A DNA stretch of 63,907 nt, counting the filler, from Welwitschia mirabilis (taxonomy: Eukaryota): NCBI GenBank assembly GCA_051453625.1. It is 5 parts of one record of this genome, joined end to end, with 100 filler letters (N's around TTAATTAATTAA, not from the genome) between each part and the next. Parts side by side here need not be neighbours in the genome. Positions count along the whole stretch, not along the records: positions 1 to 29,252 come from JBOZIK010000001.1; 4 more parts are not named here. The stretch is one strand, 5' to 3'. The translations under genes and the position numbers were made by a program. Of the stretch, positions 1-14,904 are shown piece after piece; within the stretch, counting starts at the first letter, position 1; each line of letters begins with the position of its first letter. The notes under the pieces are model-generated. The model was not told the DNA's origin, made no database searches, and saw only the letters and a program-made list of their open reading frames with translations.

Positions 1-400
1 ATGGGGATTCGTTCTAAGCTAAAGTTTTGCTTTATCTCTCAAGGTGATGGGAAAGATAACCATGTAGGTTATATCAATTATTCATTTTTTACCATTTTTA
101 GAAGTAAGGATAAGTTTCTTAATTTTGATGATGTGTTGCAAAGGATATTCATCAGGTTATCCACTAAAGGTAGGATAAGCATTCAAGTTTCAAAGTTCTA
201 CATCATCACCAAAAGGTAAGTTGAAAGGATTTTAGATTTTATGTTTTTTGTTTGCTATGAGATCTCTCAAAGTAGTATGAGTATGAAAAGGAGTAAAAGT
301 AAGATTTCTAATAACAAGAGGTGGATTTGGAGAGATAGGTTGTTTAAGTTTTTGGTTTGAGGTTAACATGGTAGCAAAATTAGACTCTGCATAAAACGTG
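1..400 (-). pseudogene. gag: Degenerate gag 5' portion of an Athila-like element on the minus strand (runs off the window start)
   Basis: Reverse complement reads ...TLRDLIANKKHKI*NPFNLPFGDDVEL..NAYPTFSG..., homologous to plus-strand gag at ~3260-3530 and ~38600-38870. The + strand ORF 1..219 is its antisense shadow. Confidence 0.8.
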
Positions 401-839
401 AAAATTATAGGAATTTCAAAATCTTGTTACTTTTATTGTTTTAATTTGTTCCTATTTCAAAATTTATCAAACCTTCTTTAATGTTTTTAGTAATCAATAG
501 TTTCTCTCTTTGGTATTTTTCCTTTTTTCCAATATTAACCATTCATACTCTGTCTTGGATCTATGAAAGTATTATCTCATATGTTGTTCGGACAATAATC
601 TAGATAATAGAAACTATAAGAAAAGGGAAAGTAGAAAATGGGACTTTCATCCATTGTGATGTCTAGATGACAGAGGAGATGATGATACCGATGCTATAAA
701 AATTTAACATAAAAAACTAAAGTAAAAAAACTTATAGCAATTATTATTACACCTCTGCTGCAGCAAACATCCAATATATTTACCAAAGCAATGACAACTC
801 TTAAACTCCAAGTAGTCCTTTCTGACGATAACGCCAGGA

Positions 840-1931
840 TGTTGTAGTGTGTATTTATGTAATGTTTATGCCTTGATTAGAATCCTGTTAACCACAAATA
901 ATATGCACAAACATAATATACTAATATAGACAGAAGTGACCCGAATGTCGTAATCCATTGAAGGCCAAAATATGGAAATAAAAGAGATGCTTTCAAGATA
1001 TGGTAACTCTAGCCTATATAAATAATTTGCAATGCATGAAAATTAAATAAAATACATTTACGCAAAACTAATTTATAAAATAAAATAGTAATGTACTTAA
1101 ACTAACCAAGCACAACATTGACAAAGGTTGCCCTCATAATCTATATTACAAAAGGAGCTTGTCACAAAATCTCAAATAACATAAACTATGAGGGAAAAGA
1201 TCATTCATACATCTAAACCAAAAAAATTCATATTAAAATATTCATATCACATCCATATTACAAAGTAGCCATTTTTCAATAGAGGAAATGCCACCCAACA
1301 CCAAAGGTAATGTATCTCTGAAACTATAGAATGATTCTCTAGTCCTTTAATCTCTTTTCACGAGTATGTCGAGTACTGTCGAAGATGACTAGAAATCGAT
1401 GAGAAGAGCTTTCTTTATAGACTCAAAAAAAAAATAGGAAACTGATAGAAAAGCATAGGGAAAACCCTAACCACCATGTAAAGAGAAGTTGCAATTAAGT
1501 GGGGACAACGTAGGTGAACATTTGGTACAAGTGTCAGAAAATGGTATCATCTATATGGTTATTTGGATGATACAAGAGATGATGCTGACTGATAGTTAGA
1601 TCACATGTCTGCTGCCAGTCTGTCTGCCTGTGAGCCTTATTATCATACAGTTGCACAGTCATTCATACAGAAGTCCAGATGATGAGGTGGATGATAGTCT
1701 TTAATCGATCTTCAATTAGTCTAATTACTTTATTTTTTATAGGAAATTATCATCCAAAATACCATTTATTCATATTTTCATAGGATGCTTGTAATTTATC
1801 TAGAAATTGCATGTTTTCATCATTTTTATCTTGGTTCTTCATTATCATAAGAACTAAGAAATTATCTGTCAATTTACCTATAAAACAACTTAAAATATCC
1901 TATTAAATACACATAAGTTGGTGGTGCAACA
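840..1931 (-). repeat. 5' LTR (~1.09 kb) of the minus-strand Athila-like element
   Basis: Bounded by TGTTGTAGTG (840) and GGTGCAACA (1931). On the minus strand it is followed by a degenerate PBS (TCCTGGCGTTATCGTCAG, ~822-839), then 5'UTR and gag. Similar to LTRs at 25838-27183 and 56538. Confidence 0.8.
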
Positions 1932-2992
1932 TTGGGTTATAATCCTCCATTGAGATGTAGCTATTTTATAATCTAGATGCTAATTTGATTAATAATATAA
2001 ATTCTATTTTTTTATTAATTAATACTTTTAATATCCCTTATTTTTTATGTTATTCTTGATTTACTGATAGTCTCATTAATGATAGAGGTATTAAAAACAA
2101 CCTTTATTAAGATTAATAATAGTAGTTTAGAAGCATTTTGTATTACAGTTTATTTGACTCACTTGATAGTTTAAGTTGGTCTTAATTAGTGACATTTTAC
2201 TTGGTTGATTTAGCTTATATAGGATCAATCTTTTTAACAAGTCAATTTAGTACTCAGATAGGTGTTCATCTAGATTAATTTGCATCTACATTTCATTGCA
2301 TATTTATTTTCTATATTCTTCTTAATTTTTGGATATAACATTTTCTTCTAAAATCAATTCTCATTCTTTTCTCATATGCCTTTAATGGGTTTATGACATT
2401 TTGATCACTTCCTTCTATACTAGTGTGTTTTATTTTGTAATATATCTATTTGTAATTAACAAGATTAAGTCAGATGTAAAGGATTATAAAATTATACATT
2501 ATAACATCTTAATGCAATTGATGGAGAAGACTGCTAAGAAGCATAAGGATTATTGTCACTTAAATGAGTAAATTAGATTTTATTTCAAATATTTATCTAT
2601 AGTGATATTGTACTTCTATTTAGAAACTACAATTTTTTTATTCATAGTTTTTAGTTTTTTTTCAATCTATAATGATAATCTGTCATCCTCTTTATTTATT
2701 TAGATGACATTAGGAATGACAACATAAATTTTTTAGTTTATTTTCTATTTGTAAATTTCTCTATAGCAATAGTAATATAGTTTTCATCTTCTTTGACATC
2801 CTTATGAAAAGGTGGACGATAGCCTCTCTTTCTATTTTTTGCTCATGGATTTCTACATTTTGCTTATATCACTTTTTTAAGTTTAGAAATAATCTTTTAT
2901 CATTCCTTGTGTTATTCCCATAACCAGACATATGAATCCTAGTTATTTTATGATTTTGTTTTTGTTATTTTATATTTGAAGGATGTGATGAT

Positions 2993-5900
2993 ATGGTCAA
3001 TACGGAAAAGAAATACCAAAGAAAAAAGCTACAGTTAGAAGAAAATATCAGAGAAGGATTAGACAAATTTGAAAGAGAATCAAATACACAATCGCCAAAT
3101 GCATATAGTATCCCTTCTAAGTTCATATTTTCTAAACCTAATTCTATGAAAGAAAATTTTTTACAAAGTAATTTGGAAGAAGATAGTCTTTACATGTCGA
3201 ACATTGTGCAAAAACAAAATTAAGTCATAGGTTCTTCAACTTCTTGTCCTAATGCAAACCTTACTCTTAAAAAGTAATAGCCAATAGGAAATTGGAAATA
3301 CTAACTCCTTTTGGTTTACCTCCAAGAGATCATTTGAAATTGAATAATTTAAATGCCTATTCCATCTTTAGTGGTGAATGTCATGAGGATCCCCTCCAAC
3401 ACATAGTAAACATTGAATAGTTAGTCTTACCTATAGAAATAGAAATAAAAGAATTAGTGATCATACATATATGGTTATTTTCCCGATTATGTTAAAAGAA
3501 AGGGAAAAACTTTGGTCAAGAACTATACCCTATAAGAGTCTAAAAACTTGGAATCAAGTACAAGAAGTTTTCGTTAAGATATTTATGAGTGAAGTAACCA
3601 TGATAAAAAGAAGAAAATAAGTAATCAATTTCCAACAACAATGAAATGAGGATTATGCTTTTACATATGAATGTTTCTTTATTCAATTCATTCTAATCCA
3701 ATAGATGCTTTCACACAAGAAGAGTTAATCAATTACTTTTACAGTGGACTAAATAGACAAATGAAACCATTCATAGATTTTTTTAATGATAGAAACCTAA
3801 TAAACCTTACATTAGAAAATGCTTATAAGCGATTAGAACCACTTATTGAGGTAAGCCAAACTTGGCCAAAGCCAACATTGAGAGATAACCATACTGTAAG
3901 AAAAATCATCAAATATTTAAAAGAAGTTAAATAATAAAATAAGGTAGATAAAACATAAGCTAAACCTACAAATTTAATTAAGGAATTTACAACAACTTTG
4001 GAGAGATATACTGAGATGATTCTAGATGCAAAATCAGCAACTGAAAAATGTGTTGTGTCAACATGTAACTTATGCAAGCATAACTATTACATAACCAAGG
4101 ATTTTCCACTATTACCAATCTATAAGGAGAAAGTATATGAAGAAGTTTGTTCTTTTAACTAAAAAGTTTTAAACTTTTAAAACCAAATCTGAAATTAGAA
4201 CTAAATCTATTCACAACTCAAGATACATATAAAGTACAATTTTCAAACCTTTGACAATAAATTCAAAAATTTTCAAACTAATTTCAACCTTTTAAAAATC
4301 AATTTAAAAATTTAAAATTTCAATCAAGTTCATCAAATTAAAATGATTCACTTAGAAATTCTATAGATAAATTTAGAAAATCAAAAGAAAAGATTGCAAG
4401 GATCATTAGCATTGAAAACTTAATAAGTATCCTTTAATAAACCATATTATCAAATCGAAGATTGCAAGGATCATTAGCAATACAACCTCTATCAAATTCT
4501 AATGAACTAAGAAAAGATTCTAGGGTTGTAACATGAAGTGGACATGAAGAAAAACCTCCTTCATATGAAGCATCAACCTTCAAAAACAACATTAGGGATG
4601 ATGAGGAAGAAGAGGACATTGAAATACTAGAAAATCATAACTTCCCTTCTCATGACAAAAGTAAAAAGAAAAATTCTTAAGAAAAAGAAAAGAAACCAGC
4701 TACTTCTTGGCTTGAGAGGATTAATACAAATCTAACTTTGATGAAAATCTTAAAACCTTACTACAAAATATGAGTATAAAATTATCATTTTGGAAACTTT
4801 TACAAGAAAACTCAAAGTACTCTAAGATATGAAAAGACTTAATAAGAAGAAAATAAAAATGAATTATTCCTAGCAAAGTATTTTTAGATCAATCTCTTAC
4901 AAACTTAGTATTATAAAAGTTTCCAAAATTTAATGATCGAGGGATAACAATAATTAGTATTATAATAGAGAAAAACAAAAGAATCAAAAGGGATTTAATT
5001 GATATTGGAACAAGTGTTAACATCATACCATTACACATTTGTAAGATACTTGGTTTAGAATATAGAATACAGCATATTCAAATCATCTTAGAATTAGTAG
5101 ACACATCTGTTAAGTAACCCGTATGAATCATAAAAGATATAGTGATTGAAATTAAAGAGGAATCATACCTAATAGATGTGGTTATAATAGAGATAAACAA
5201 TAATTTAGTTTATCTATTACTTCTAGGAAGAACCTTCTATGCAACAACCCATTGCATTATCGATACAAGAACTGACATGATGGAGTGTCATCTAGAAAGT
5301 AAAAAACTTTTAATTAGAGTTTTTGATGTGGCTAAGAAAGATCTAGGTAATGAATAGGATGTAGAAAATATAACTAAACTAATCTTATTCCTAAAACATT
5401 GTCTACTTGAATAAAAAAAGCTAATGTTACATAAACCTACACTTTATAATGACCTACTTGAAATTGAAAAATTAAAAGATTTTGATATATCTAACTTAAA
5501 GCATTTAGAAAATGACATTTTTGAGAAAAATAAAGAAGAAATAGAATCCTTAATCTATAAGAAAGTTAAACTATTAATAGTAAGTAAAAACTTATACATT
5601 AAGGAAGATTGTCCACTACATGAGTCTATAACAGAAACTAAAAATTTTAGTTTAAATCTAAAAATCTTCCTATTGAACTAAATTATTTTGTTCTTTAATG
5701 ATTATAACAAACCTATAATATTCAACAAAAATCTCTTTCCTAAATAAGAGTAAATCTTAATATCCCATTTGACTTCTAAAATTCATGCCTTTAATTGGTC
5801 TCATAATGATTTATTTGCTACGAAACCTATTAGGAAAACTAAAATAAGTATTTAAGGATAAAATTATTAAACTAATGGATGTTAGGATTATTTATGCTTT

Positions 5901-8428
5901 ATCAGATAGCGAATGGGTTAGTCCCTTAACTATAGTATCGAAAAGGATGGGAAATGGAGAGTATGCATAGATTTTAGAAAACTAAATGAAGTCATAAAAA
6001 AGGATCATTATTCCTTATCTTTTATTAACTAGATACTTGATATAATTTACAAACATTTTTTTTATTACTTTTTAGGTGGATATAGTGGTTATAACCAAGT
6101 ATGCATAGCTAGTAAAGACCAAGTTAAATAACTTTTACTTCACCTTTTGGAATGTTTTCATTTAAATGAATGCCTTTTAGATTATGTAATGCTCCTAAGC
6201 TTTTTAATGTGCTATGATGAATATTTTTTAAGATACGTTATGGGATTTAATAGAAATNNNNNNNNNNTTTCAATCTTTAGGGAAACCTTTGATGAAATCT
6301 TAGAGAGATTAGAAAAAAAACTTGATAGATGCATAGAGTATGATCTGTATCTAAGTTAGGAAAAGAGCTTATTTTTAGTTGATAATAAAATAGTTCTAGC
6401 TCACCACATTTACAAAATAGAAATTAGGATGGATTCTAAAAATGTTGATATCATTCAAAATATAACTTCTCTAACCAATATAAACTTATTTAAATCTTTT
6501 CTTAGATATATATTATGCTAAAATCTATAAATCCCTTCATTCATTATTAGAAAAATAAGCTAATTTTGATTAGAATGAGTCTTTTCAGCTTTCTTTTAAT
6601 AAACTTAAACATAAACTCTCTTATGCTCCTATCGTAATGGGACCAGATTGAGAAACATATTTTAAGTTAATGTGTGATGCTAGTAATTTTACTAGAGGTG
6701 GGATGTTTGGATAGAAATATGAAAATGATTTCAAAGTCATATATTACCATAGTAAAACATTATCCAAAGCTCAAACAAATTATACAATTATCATGAGAAA
6801 GAAGTTAGCCATAATTTTTTACCTCAATAATCTTAGATATTATCTTTTATGATTTTACACAAATGTCTACATGAACCATACAGTGATTAAATACCTAATG
6901 ACTAAGAAATATTCTAGTGATAGGTTGATTAGATGGATCTTTTTAATATAAGAATTTAATATCACCATCATAAATAAGCAAAAAAGCATAACGACATAGC
7001 AAATCACTTATCATTCCTTTCTTCTTCTGATGATGATCTTTCTATTAATGATTCTTTTCTTCATGAATAACTATTTATTGTATATTCTACTCATCCCCCT
7101 CCATGTTACACTAATATTGTGAATTATTTTTTTACATTAAAAACACACAAAATTGAAGTTATAAGTAAAGAAAATCTTTTTTCTATAGGATAGGTAACTA
7201 TGAGTGGATAGTGTTCCCTATTTATTATATGTGTAAGAATCAAAATATGAGAAAATGTATATCAGAATGGAAAAAATCTAATATTCTTTATCTTTGTTAT
7301 TTTGATATTTGTGATGACATTTTAGTGGTTAAAAAACATCCATGAAAATTCTTCACTCCAGATTTTATTGGCCTAGTCTTTTCTAGGACTCTTTTAATTA
7401 TGTTAGAAGGTGAAATGCATGTAAATGTTTTCATAGCCTTCTATGATTATAAGAAATACTATTCAAACCTATTCTTATGTATGATCCTTTTTATTATTGG
7501 GTAATTGATTTTACAGACCCAATTAACCACCTTCTAAATATAAAAATTTTATTTTAATGGCTATTAATTATCTAAATAAATGGATTAAAGTAATTCCTAC
7601 TTCCTTAAATGATGCCTAAACCATTTGTAACTTTGTTAAAACTCAATTTTTTAATGTTTTAACTTTCTGTAAATAATTATTAGTGATTAAGAAACTCATT
7701 TCATTAATTACCTTTTTAAAAATCATCTTTTATCCACTGGAATAGAACATCAACTAGCTTATGCTTATCATCCTTAAACTAATGGATAAGCTGAAAATAC
7801 TAATAGAGAAATTTGAAAAATGCTTCCAAAACTTGTCTCTACTAATAAGAAATCATGAAATTTTAAACTAAATGATGTTCTTTAGACTTACCATACAACT
7901 TAGCATAATTCACTTAGTTTTTCATCTTATGAACTTGTATACGATAAAGTCTGTGTTTTACCTGTTAATGTTTATCATAATTCTTATTGTTCTACTTATT
8001 GACTTAACCTTGTAAATTTAGAAGAGAATCTTACAACTTATTCAGTTCAATTAGATCATTTAGATGAAAAATGAACTCAAGCTATTCATTATTAACTTAT
8101 TCACAAAGCTCAAAATAAGTTCAAAAAAAGTTAATCCATAAGAACTTTAAACCTGATAAACAAGTTATATTATACAATACTAGATTGCATCTTCTACATA
8201 AAAGTTGACCTCAAAATGGTTAGGTCCTTACCTTATTAACAAACTACATTCTAATGGATCTATNNNNNNNNNNTATTGAGATTGTTGACTTAACCACTAA
8301 AGAAATTCAAAAATTTAATAGACAAAAGTTGAAAATATACAAATAACCTTCTAATATAAACATGATAAAAGCACTAGCCTTAGAGATTTTCCTCAATGAG
8401 GAGAACTTATATCCTATTATCTTCTAAA
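2993..8428 (+). pseudogene. gag-pol: gag-pol pseudogene of copy A (gag, aspartic protease, RT, RNase H, integrase)
   Basis: Gag ELINYFYSGLN (~3720); PR LIDIGTSVNIIPLHICK (~4995); RT SEWVSPLTIV, WRVCIDFRKLN and GYSGYNQV (~5910-6100); RNase H FKLMCDASNF (~6660); integrase FYWPSLF and AYHP*TNG*AENTNRE (~7360-7810). Many stops and frameshifts. Confidence 0.92.
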
Positions 8429-8726
8429 TTTTCTCTTAGTGTATTCCTTTGAAAGCCATTATAATATCACTTGGTCATCTTTCAAACATGACTAATGTAT
8501 TTACATTATTTTCATAAATAAGCTTTCTACTTAGGCATTTTACAGTAGTAAGATTGAATTCACCCTCTTAAGACATTTACATGTCTATGAACTTCGTTTC
8601 AAAGGAACATGTTTTGTTTCTTATATTTTTTACAATGATGAATTAGATTTTTTGGATGTTCTTTTCTATCTTTCATCTTATTATTTCACCTACATCTTTT
8701 GAGGTTTTTGATCATGTGAAATTTAT

Positions 8727-8728
<2 letters not shown>

Positions 8729-8772
<44 letters not shown>
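8729..8772. repeat. (TA)n microsatellite, ~22 units, in the 3'UTR of copy A
   Basis: Directly visible in the sequence. Confidence 0.95.
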
Positions 8773-8775
<3 letters not shown>

Positions 8776-8844
8776 AAAAAAAGTAGAGAAAGAAAAATAA
8801 GACGATAATGTTTTATATTTGAGATAGCTTAAAAACATGGCCAC

Positions 8845-9063
8845 CATGATGTCCTATCAGAAGTACATCAAGGTAAAGTTTCGCAAGAAGGGCCTTTGGT
8901 AATGTAATATGGTAGATATGGAAACCCCACTAGAAGGTCAGTTGACCATTTTTTGTGGGTTCTTACTTTTCTAACTATAGTTGTACTTCCCTCATTATGG
9001 ATAGTAAAATAATAAAAACTTTAAGGCTATGAGATCAGTAGTGTTCTTGGTATCATTAGAGGT
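8845..9063 (+). other. Conserved 3'UTR block (candidate structured RNA element), copy in A
   Basis: Aligns by eye with 28079-28233(-), 44044-44258, 51514-51726 and 58882-59098. Confidence 0.6.
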
Positions 9064-10060
9064 ATTGCTTATTTCCTAGACTCTTAGTTTTTCTATGTGA
9101 TCATTTTATTTTTGAGGATTTAGGTGTTTGTTTTAAGATGTAAATAAGTGAACTCATTTTTAATCAACTCTTTGATGTTATCATTTATTGTTTAAAGCAT
9201 GTAATGTTTAGCATTGTTACAACCACTACCTTATTAAATGGAATTTTACAAATTTGTACATTTAGTAATGCATTTTAAATCAAGTGATGTTATGAGTTCT
9301 TTCACAAAAATCTACTAGGTTATAACGTAGAGAACGTAGGATATCTTCTTTATGTTCCTTATGTCCATTTTTTCTATTTTCTTTCATTGTTTAGTTAGTT
9401 CTTTCAAAGTCATTTCCATATTTTCTTATCATTTTAGGCCTTAATATTTAGTAGTTTTCTTATCTAGTTTTCATTAAAGAATTGATTTCTTACATAGCAA
9501 AGTTTTCTTACAAATTTTGTGATGTTTATTTTCATTCTTTTAGAGTTTAAAACATTGTTCATAATCATTTTGTGCACATTTGTTAGGCACTCATTGATCT
9601 ACTTCATCCCAATTAGCACAATTTCATATTTATCAAAATTTTCCCTTAATCTTTATGTTTCAAATTTGAAATTTTTACACTCACCTTTGCACTTGATTTA
9701 TAAACTATCAAAATTCAAAAACACCCATCATCCACCTTCTTATCTAGACATACTAATCTTTGTTTCATTTCTTTCCTTCATTAGCTAATATGAGATGTAT
9801 TGTTTTCTTAGGAGAGGGAAGAAATCATTTTAGGACTCGTTTTCATAATTTTTACATCCAGTTGTAGAGTTCTTTTAAAAGATTTCATGAGATATGATTT
9901 ATGCAATTTCCACTCTATAAACATGGTGAACTACATTTTATTTTTTTATGATATGTTTAAGATTATTTATGAGCCTATTTTATAATTTTTAAATTGATTT
10001 TTTTAAAAACGATTTGGCTCGTAATTATAGTTATTCACCTGGTTTTATCATGGACTAACA

Positions 10061-10079
10061 AAAGTTAAGTGGGGGGCTA
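10061..10079 (+). promoter_or_regulatory. Polypurine tract (PPT) preceding the 3' LTR
   Basis: AAAGTTAAGTGGGGGGCTA lies immediately before the LTR TG; the same motif precedes other LTR copies. Confidence 0.85.
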
Positions 10080-11282
10080 TGATGCGCTTTCAAATTGTAT
10101 GTATTTAATGGGGTGTTATGATCTATTTTGTAGGACATCTATATAGGTTTAGATGCAATTTCGAGGATTATGAAGAGTTGATGGATGATCACTAAAATAT
10201 GTAATTCTTGGCATGTTCAGAGGCATTTCAGGCACTTTCTAATGCTCGGTGATTTAAAGGAAGATCAATAATGCTATAGCTAATTTATCTTGAGTTGGAA
10301 CGATAAAGAGGACTATCATCACCACTGTCGTCCCCATGACAGACAAGACAATAGCACTATACAAGTCAAATGAGATGTTGATGTTGGCTGGAGCTGGAAC
10401 CAATGAAGACCTCTTTCTTAAGGGTGTCATCCCCAAGTTTATCCCCATGACATGAAGGACAACAAATTACAATGCATGTACCAGTGTCCCTTAGATCATA
10501 TAAATGACAGTGAGGATGATACCTGAAACGGTTAGTCCACTTTCACCTGTTTCATCTGTTTATTTCTCTAATTTGAATGCATTTTTAAGTGCATTTTGAG
10601 TGACGGTTTCACCTTCTTTGCTGTATAAATAAACCCCCCCATGATCCTCCTATCATCTTTAATGCACTAGAAATTCTCATAACAGAATATTGAAGGGTGG
10701 GAGATCCATCTTGTAAATTGCAAAAAGATGTTTCCTTGGTGTTGGGTTGTGCATCCTCCATTGAGGTACGACTATTTTATAACCCAAATGCTGGTTTGAT
10801 CTTAATACAAACTCTGTTTATTTTGTGTATTTATACATTTAATATCCCTTATGGTTTATGTTATTCTTAATTTGGTGACAGTCTCACTAATGATATAGAT
10901 ATTAAGGGCAACCTTTGTTATGGTGGATAATAGTAGTTTAGAAGTATTTTTCAATACACTATTTATCTTAGTTGATAGCCTAAGTTGGTCTCAGTTAGTA
11001 ACAGTCTCCCTGGCTAATTTAGGTTATACAGAGTCAATCTTCCTAACATGTCAATTCAGTAATCAGATAGGTGTTTATCTAGGTTAAGTGCATTTGCATT
11101 GTATTACATGTTTACTTTTTTGCATTGTTCTTAAGTTTAAGATACAACACTTTTTCTGAAAATCAATTCTCCTTCTTATCTCACACGCCTTTAATGGGTT
11201 TACGACATTTAGGTCACTCTCATCCATACTAGTATGTCATATTTTACAATATATATATTTGTGGTTAATAGGATTCAGTAAG
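10080..11282 (+). repeat. LTR (3' end lost in gap)
   Basis: Starts TG after the PPT, has a TATA-like TATAAAT near 10624, and is colinear with 11404-12654 and 1932-2506. Confidence 0.88.
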
Positions 11283-11403
11283 NNNNNNNNNNNNNNNNNN
11301 NNNNNNNNNNNNNNNNNNNNNNNNNNNNNNNNNNNNNNNNNNNNNNNNNNNNNNNNNNNNNNNNNNNNNNNNNNNNNNNNNNACAAGGCTAAGTGGGGGA
11401 CTA

Positions 11404-12654
11404 TGATGCACAACAAAATTTTATGTATTTGGTGAGATTTTATGAGATATTTTATAAGACATTTATACAGTTTTAGATGCAATTCTAAGGACTATGAAGA
11501 TTTGACGGATGATCATAGAAACATGCAATTCTTGGCATGTTTAGAGATATTTTAAGCATATTCTAATGCTTAGTGCTTTGATACAAGATCAATAATGCTA
11601 GAGATAATTTCTTAAACTAAACATAATGAGAATTATTATTGCCACTATCATCCCTACAACAGACAGGACGACAACACTATACAAGCCAAATGAGATGCTG
11701 ATATGGACTAGAACTAGAACCAATGGATCCCTCTTTTGTAAAGGAGTCATTCCTAATGTTGTCTCCATGAGATGAAAGATGAAAAATGATAATGCATTTC
11801 TAATTGTCCTAGGAGTTATCCACATCATAGTTAGGACAATAAATAAAATGGTTTGCTAACTTTCACCCATTAAGTCCATTTCCTTATCTAATTTGAGAGT
11901 GTTTTTTTTAGAGTGTTTTTTAGTGCATTTTGAGTGATAGTTACACCTTCTCTACTATATAAATAAACCCCTCCTTATATTCTTTTATCATTTTGATGCA
12001 CTATAAATTCTTGTGATAGGAGATTAAAATGTGGGAAACTCATCTTGTGTAGTCATAGAAAGACATTTCTTTGATGTTGGATTGTGCATCCTCCATTGAG
12101 ATGCAGCTGTTTTGTAATCCATATGCTAGTTTGATTTATAATACAAACTCTATTTCTTTTGTTCATTAATACTCTTAATATTTCTTATCTTTTATGTTAT
12201 TCTTGATTTAGTGATAGTCTCATTAATGATATAGGTCTTAAAAGTAACCTTTGTTAAGGTTGATGATAGTAGTTCAGAAGCATTTTTTAATACACTTTAT
12301 TTGACTTACTTAAAAGCCTAAGTTGATCTTGGTTAGTGACAATCTCCTTGTCTGATTAAGATTATACAGGGCCAATCTTCCTAACAAGTTGATTTAGTAC
12401 TTAAATAGGTGTTCATCTAGCTTAAGTCTTATTTCCAATTCCATTGCATATTTATTTTCTACATTATTCTTAAGTTTCAAATACAACATTATTTTCTAAA
12501 ATTAATTATCCTTCTTATCTTTCATGCCTTCAATAGGTTTATGATATTTGGGTTACTTCCATCTATACTAATGTGTTTCATTTTGTAATATATCTATTTG
12601 TAATTAATAGGATTGAGTAAGATGTAAAGGATTACAAAATTATACACTAAAACA
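11404..12654 (+). repeat. Complete LTR (~1.25 kb) preceded by a PPT
   Basis: PPT AAGTGGGGGACTA, then TGATGCAC...CACTAAAACA. No PBS follows, so it is a 3' LTR. Confidence 0.9.
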
Positions 12655-14904
12655 ATGATCATTCTACTTTTTACATTTCTAAAAGTAATTTATCTATTTC
12701 TAAAAGTAATTTTTTAAATAATATTCCTTTTCAAATCCTACCTTTTAAACGTCTCTTCCTTATAAACCTCCAAAAATCTCTATCTCTGCTTTTACTCTAA
12801 CTTCTACCTTAACTATCAAGGAATTAATAACTCTAAAAAAAATAGAGAGATTTAAAACCCCTTTGACCTATGTAATGGAGATGATGTAAAACTTAAAAAC
12901 TTAAGAGCCTATTCTACCTTCTCTATAGAACATGAAGAAAATCCTTTTCAACCTAACTAAAATAGAGCAACTCATTCTTAGTTCAGGAAATGGAAAAAAG
13001 AAGGTAACTAATAGGACTTACATGATTATTTTTTCTTTTACCTTTAGAGATAAGGCTAAAAATTAGTTAAAAATATTTCATATAAAAATCCTTAACCCTT
13101 AGAGCCAATTTCAAAATGCCTTCATAAAAATATTCATGAGTGAAGAAATCATGAGAAAAAGAAAAAACAAAATCACCAACTTCACACAACAACTTCATGA
13201 AGATTATGTTACAACTTATGAGAGATTTTTAATTGCTATCTCATCTAATCTTGTAGATGAATCTTTAAGAGTAAAATGTGTTAAATACTTTTATAGTGGA
13301 TTGAATAGCCAAATCAAGCAATTAATAGATTTCACATGTGAGAGAAATTTACTTAACTTAACTTTGGATGATGCTTAAAAACTTTTAAAAGGATTGATAT
13401 AAATTAGTTAAACATGGGCTAAACCAATTATTAAATAAAACATAATTATAGGATAAATATTATAAGATATTAAGTAAGTATAATATGAAAAAACCTAGTC
13501 CTAAAAACCTAGTTTAAGATATTACTAGCATATTATAGGCTTACATCAAAGGCCTTGGCTGATATAAAAATGTTAAATTAACAACCTTAACCATTCATAC
13601 ATTACTTTCTTTGTGGAATATGTAAAGACAACTTCCATTACACCAAATATTATTCTACCTTATCAGCATATAGAGAAATGATTTATGAAGAAGCCTATGC
13701 ATTGAATCATAGACATAATATGTTTAGAAATAATTAAAAATTTTATCCATGAAATATGAGATCACAATGGGTCTTCAAATCCTCTTTTAATAACATATAT
13801 AGAAGAAACAACTTCTAGCCAAATAACTTTCAATATAATAACAATTAACCTCATAACATTTTGTTTAAATCTCTTAGAAAGTCAATAGAAGGGATAAATA
13901 AGATACAAGAAAATACCAAAAGAAATTTAAATAATCAAAATAAGAATATAAAAATTTTGATTAAGTCCTTTAACAAACTATGTTAGGGAACCGAAGACCT
14001 CAAGGCTTACTTGCAATCCAAATAATTCATAATTGAAATGATATTAAAAAGGATTGGAAAATAGTAATAAGAAGTGGATATGATATAACTCTTAATGAAG
14101 CAACCCCTTCTTCTTACAAGTAAAAGCATTAAACCCATGATGATGACATAGAAATTCTTAGTAAACCTAGCTTTTCCTTTACTCCTTAAAAAACTCCAAT
14201 CATAACAGAACCAATAAAACAATGAAAAATAAACCCATAACTCTTTGGTTATAAAGATTAAAGATTAATCCTACTTATAATAATTATCTAAGGCAACTAT
14301 GTAAGATATGAGCATTAACCTTCCTTTCTAAAAACTATTATAAGAGAATCATAGATACAACAAAACTTATAAGAACTTAGTTAAGAGAAAATAGAAAATA
14401 GTTATTTCAAGTAAGGTATTTATTACTTAGTTTCTTTCTAACTTATTAGCACAAAAATGTCCAAAATTTAATAATCAAGGGTTACTACAATTAGCTTTAT
14501 CTTAGAAGAAAGTAAAAATATGAAGAAAGCATTAATAAAAATAGGAGCTAGTATCAAAATTATATCATTTCACATTTGCAAAACATTTGTATTGGAAAAT
14601 AGAATTTAATAAATAAAAATTATGTTGGAACTAGCTAATGCAACTCTTAAAAAATAGATTAAACTTATTAAGAATCTAATTATACAAATTGAAGAAGCTT
14701 TTTACCTTATAGATGTGGTTATTATTGATGTAAAACACAATGGAGAATGCCCTTTACTCTTAGAAAGAGCCCTTTGTGCAACTTCTTACTATATTATTAA
14801 CACATGAACTAGAACAATGGAATGTCATGTAAGAAATAAAACATTAATTATTAGAGCCTTTAATGTAGCTAAAAAACATATAGAAGAAGATTCATATCTT
14901 GAGC

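Larger units (their letters stand above)
1932..11282 (+). mobile_element. Athila-like Ty3/gypsy LTR retrotransposon, copy A (degenerate; 5' LTR interrupted, 3' LTR runs into a gap)
   Basis: 5' LTR remnant 1932-2506 ends ...ATTATAACA, followed by a decayed PBS, gag-pol remnants, a 3'UTR, PPT AAGTGGGGGGCTA and an LTR starting TGATGCG at 10080. Confidence 0.9.

Noticed and set aside
8430-10060. Hydrophobic ORFs in 3'UTRs (9519-9788, 58157-58420, 59620-59898) as env-like genes
   Set aside because: Short products of T-rich composition; the frames are not conserved between homologous copies.
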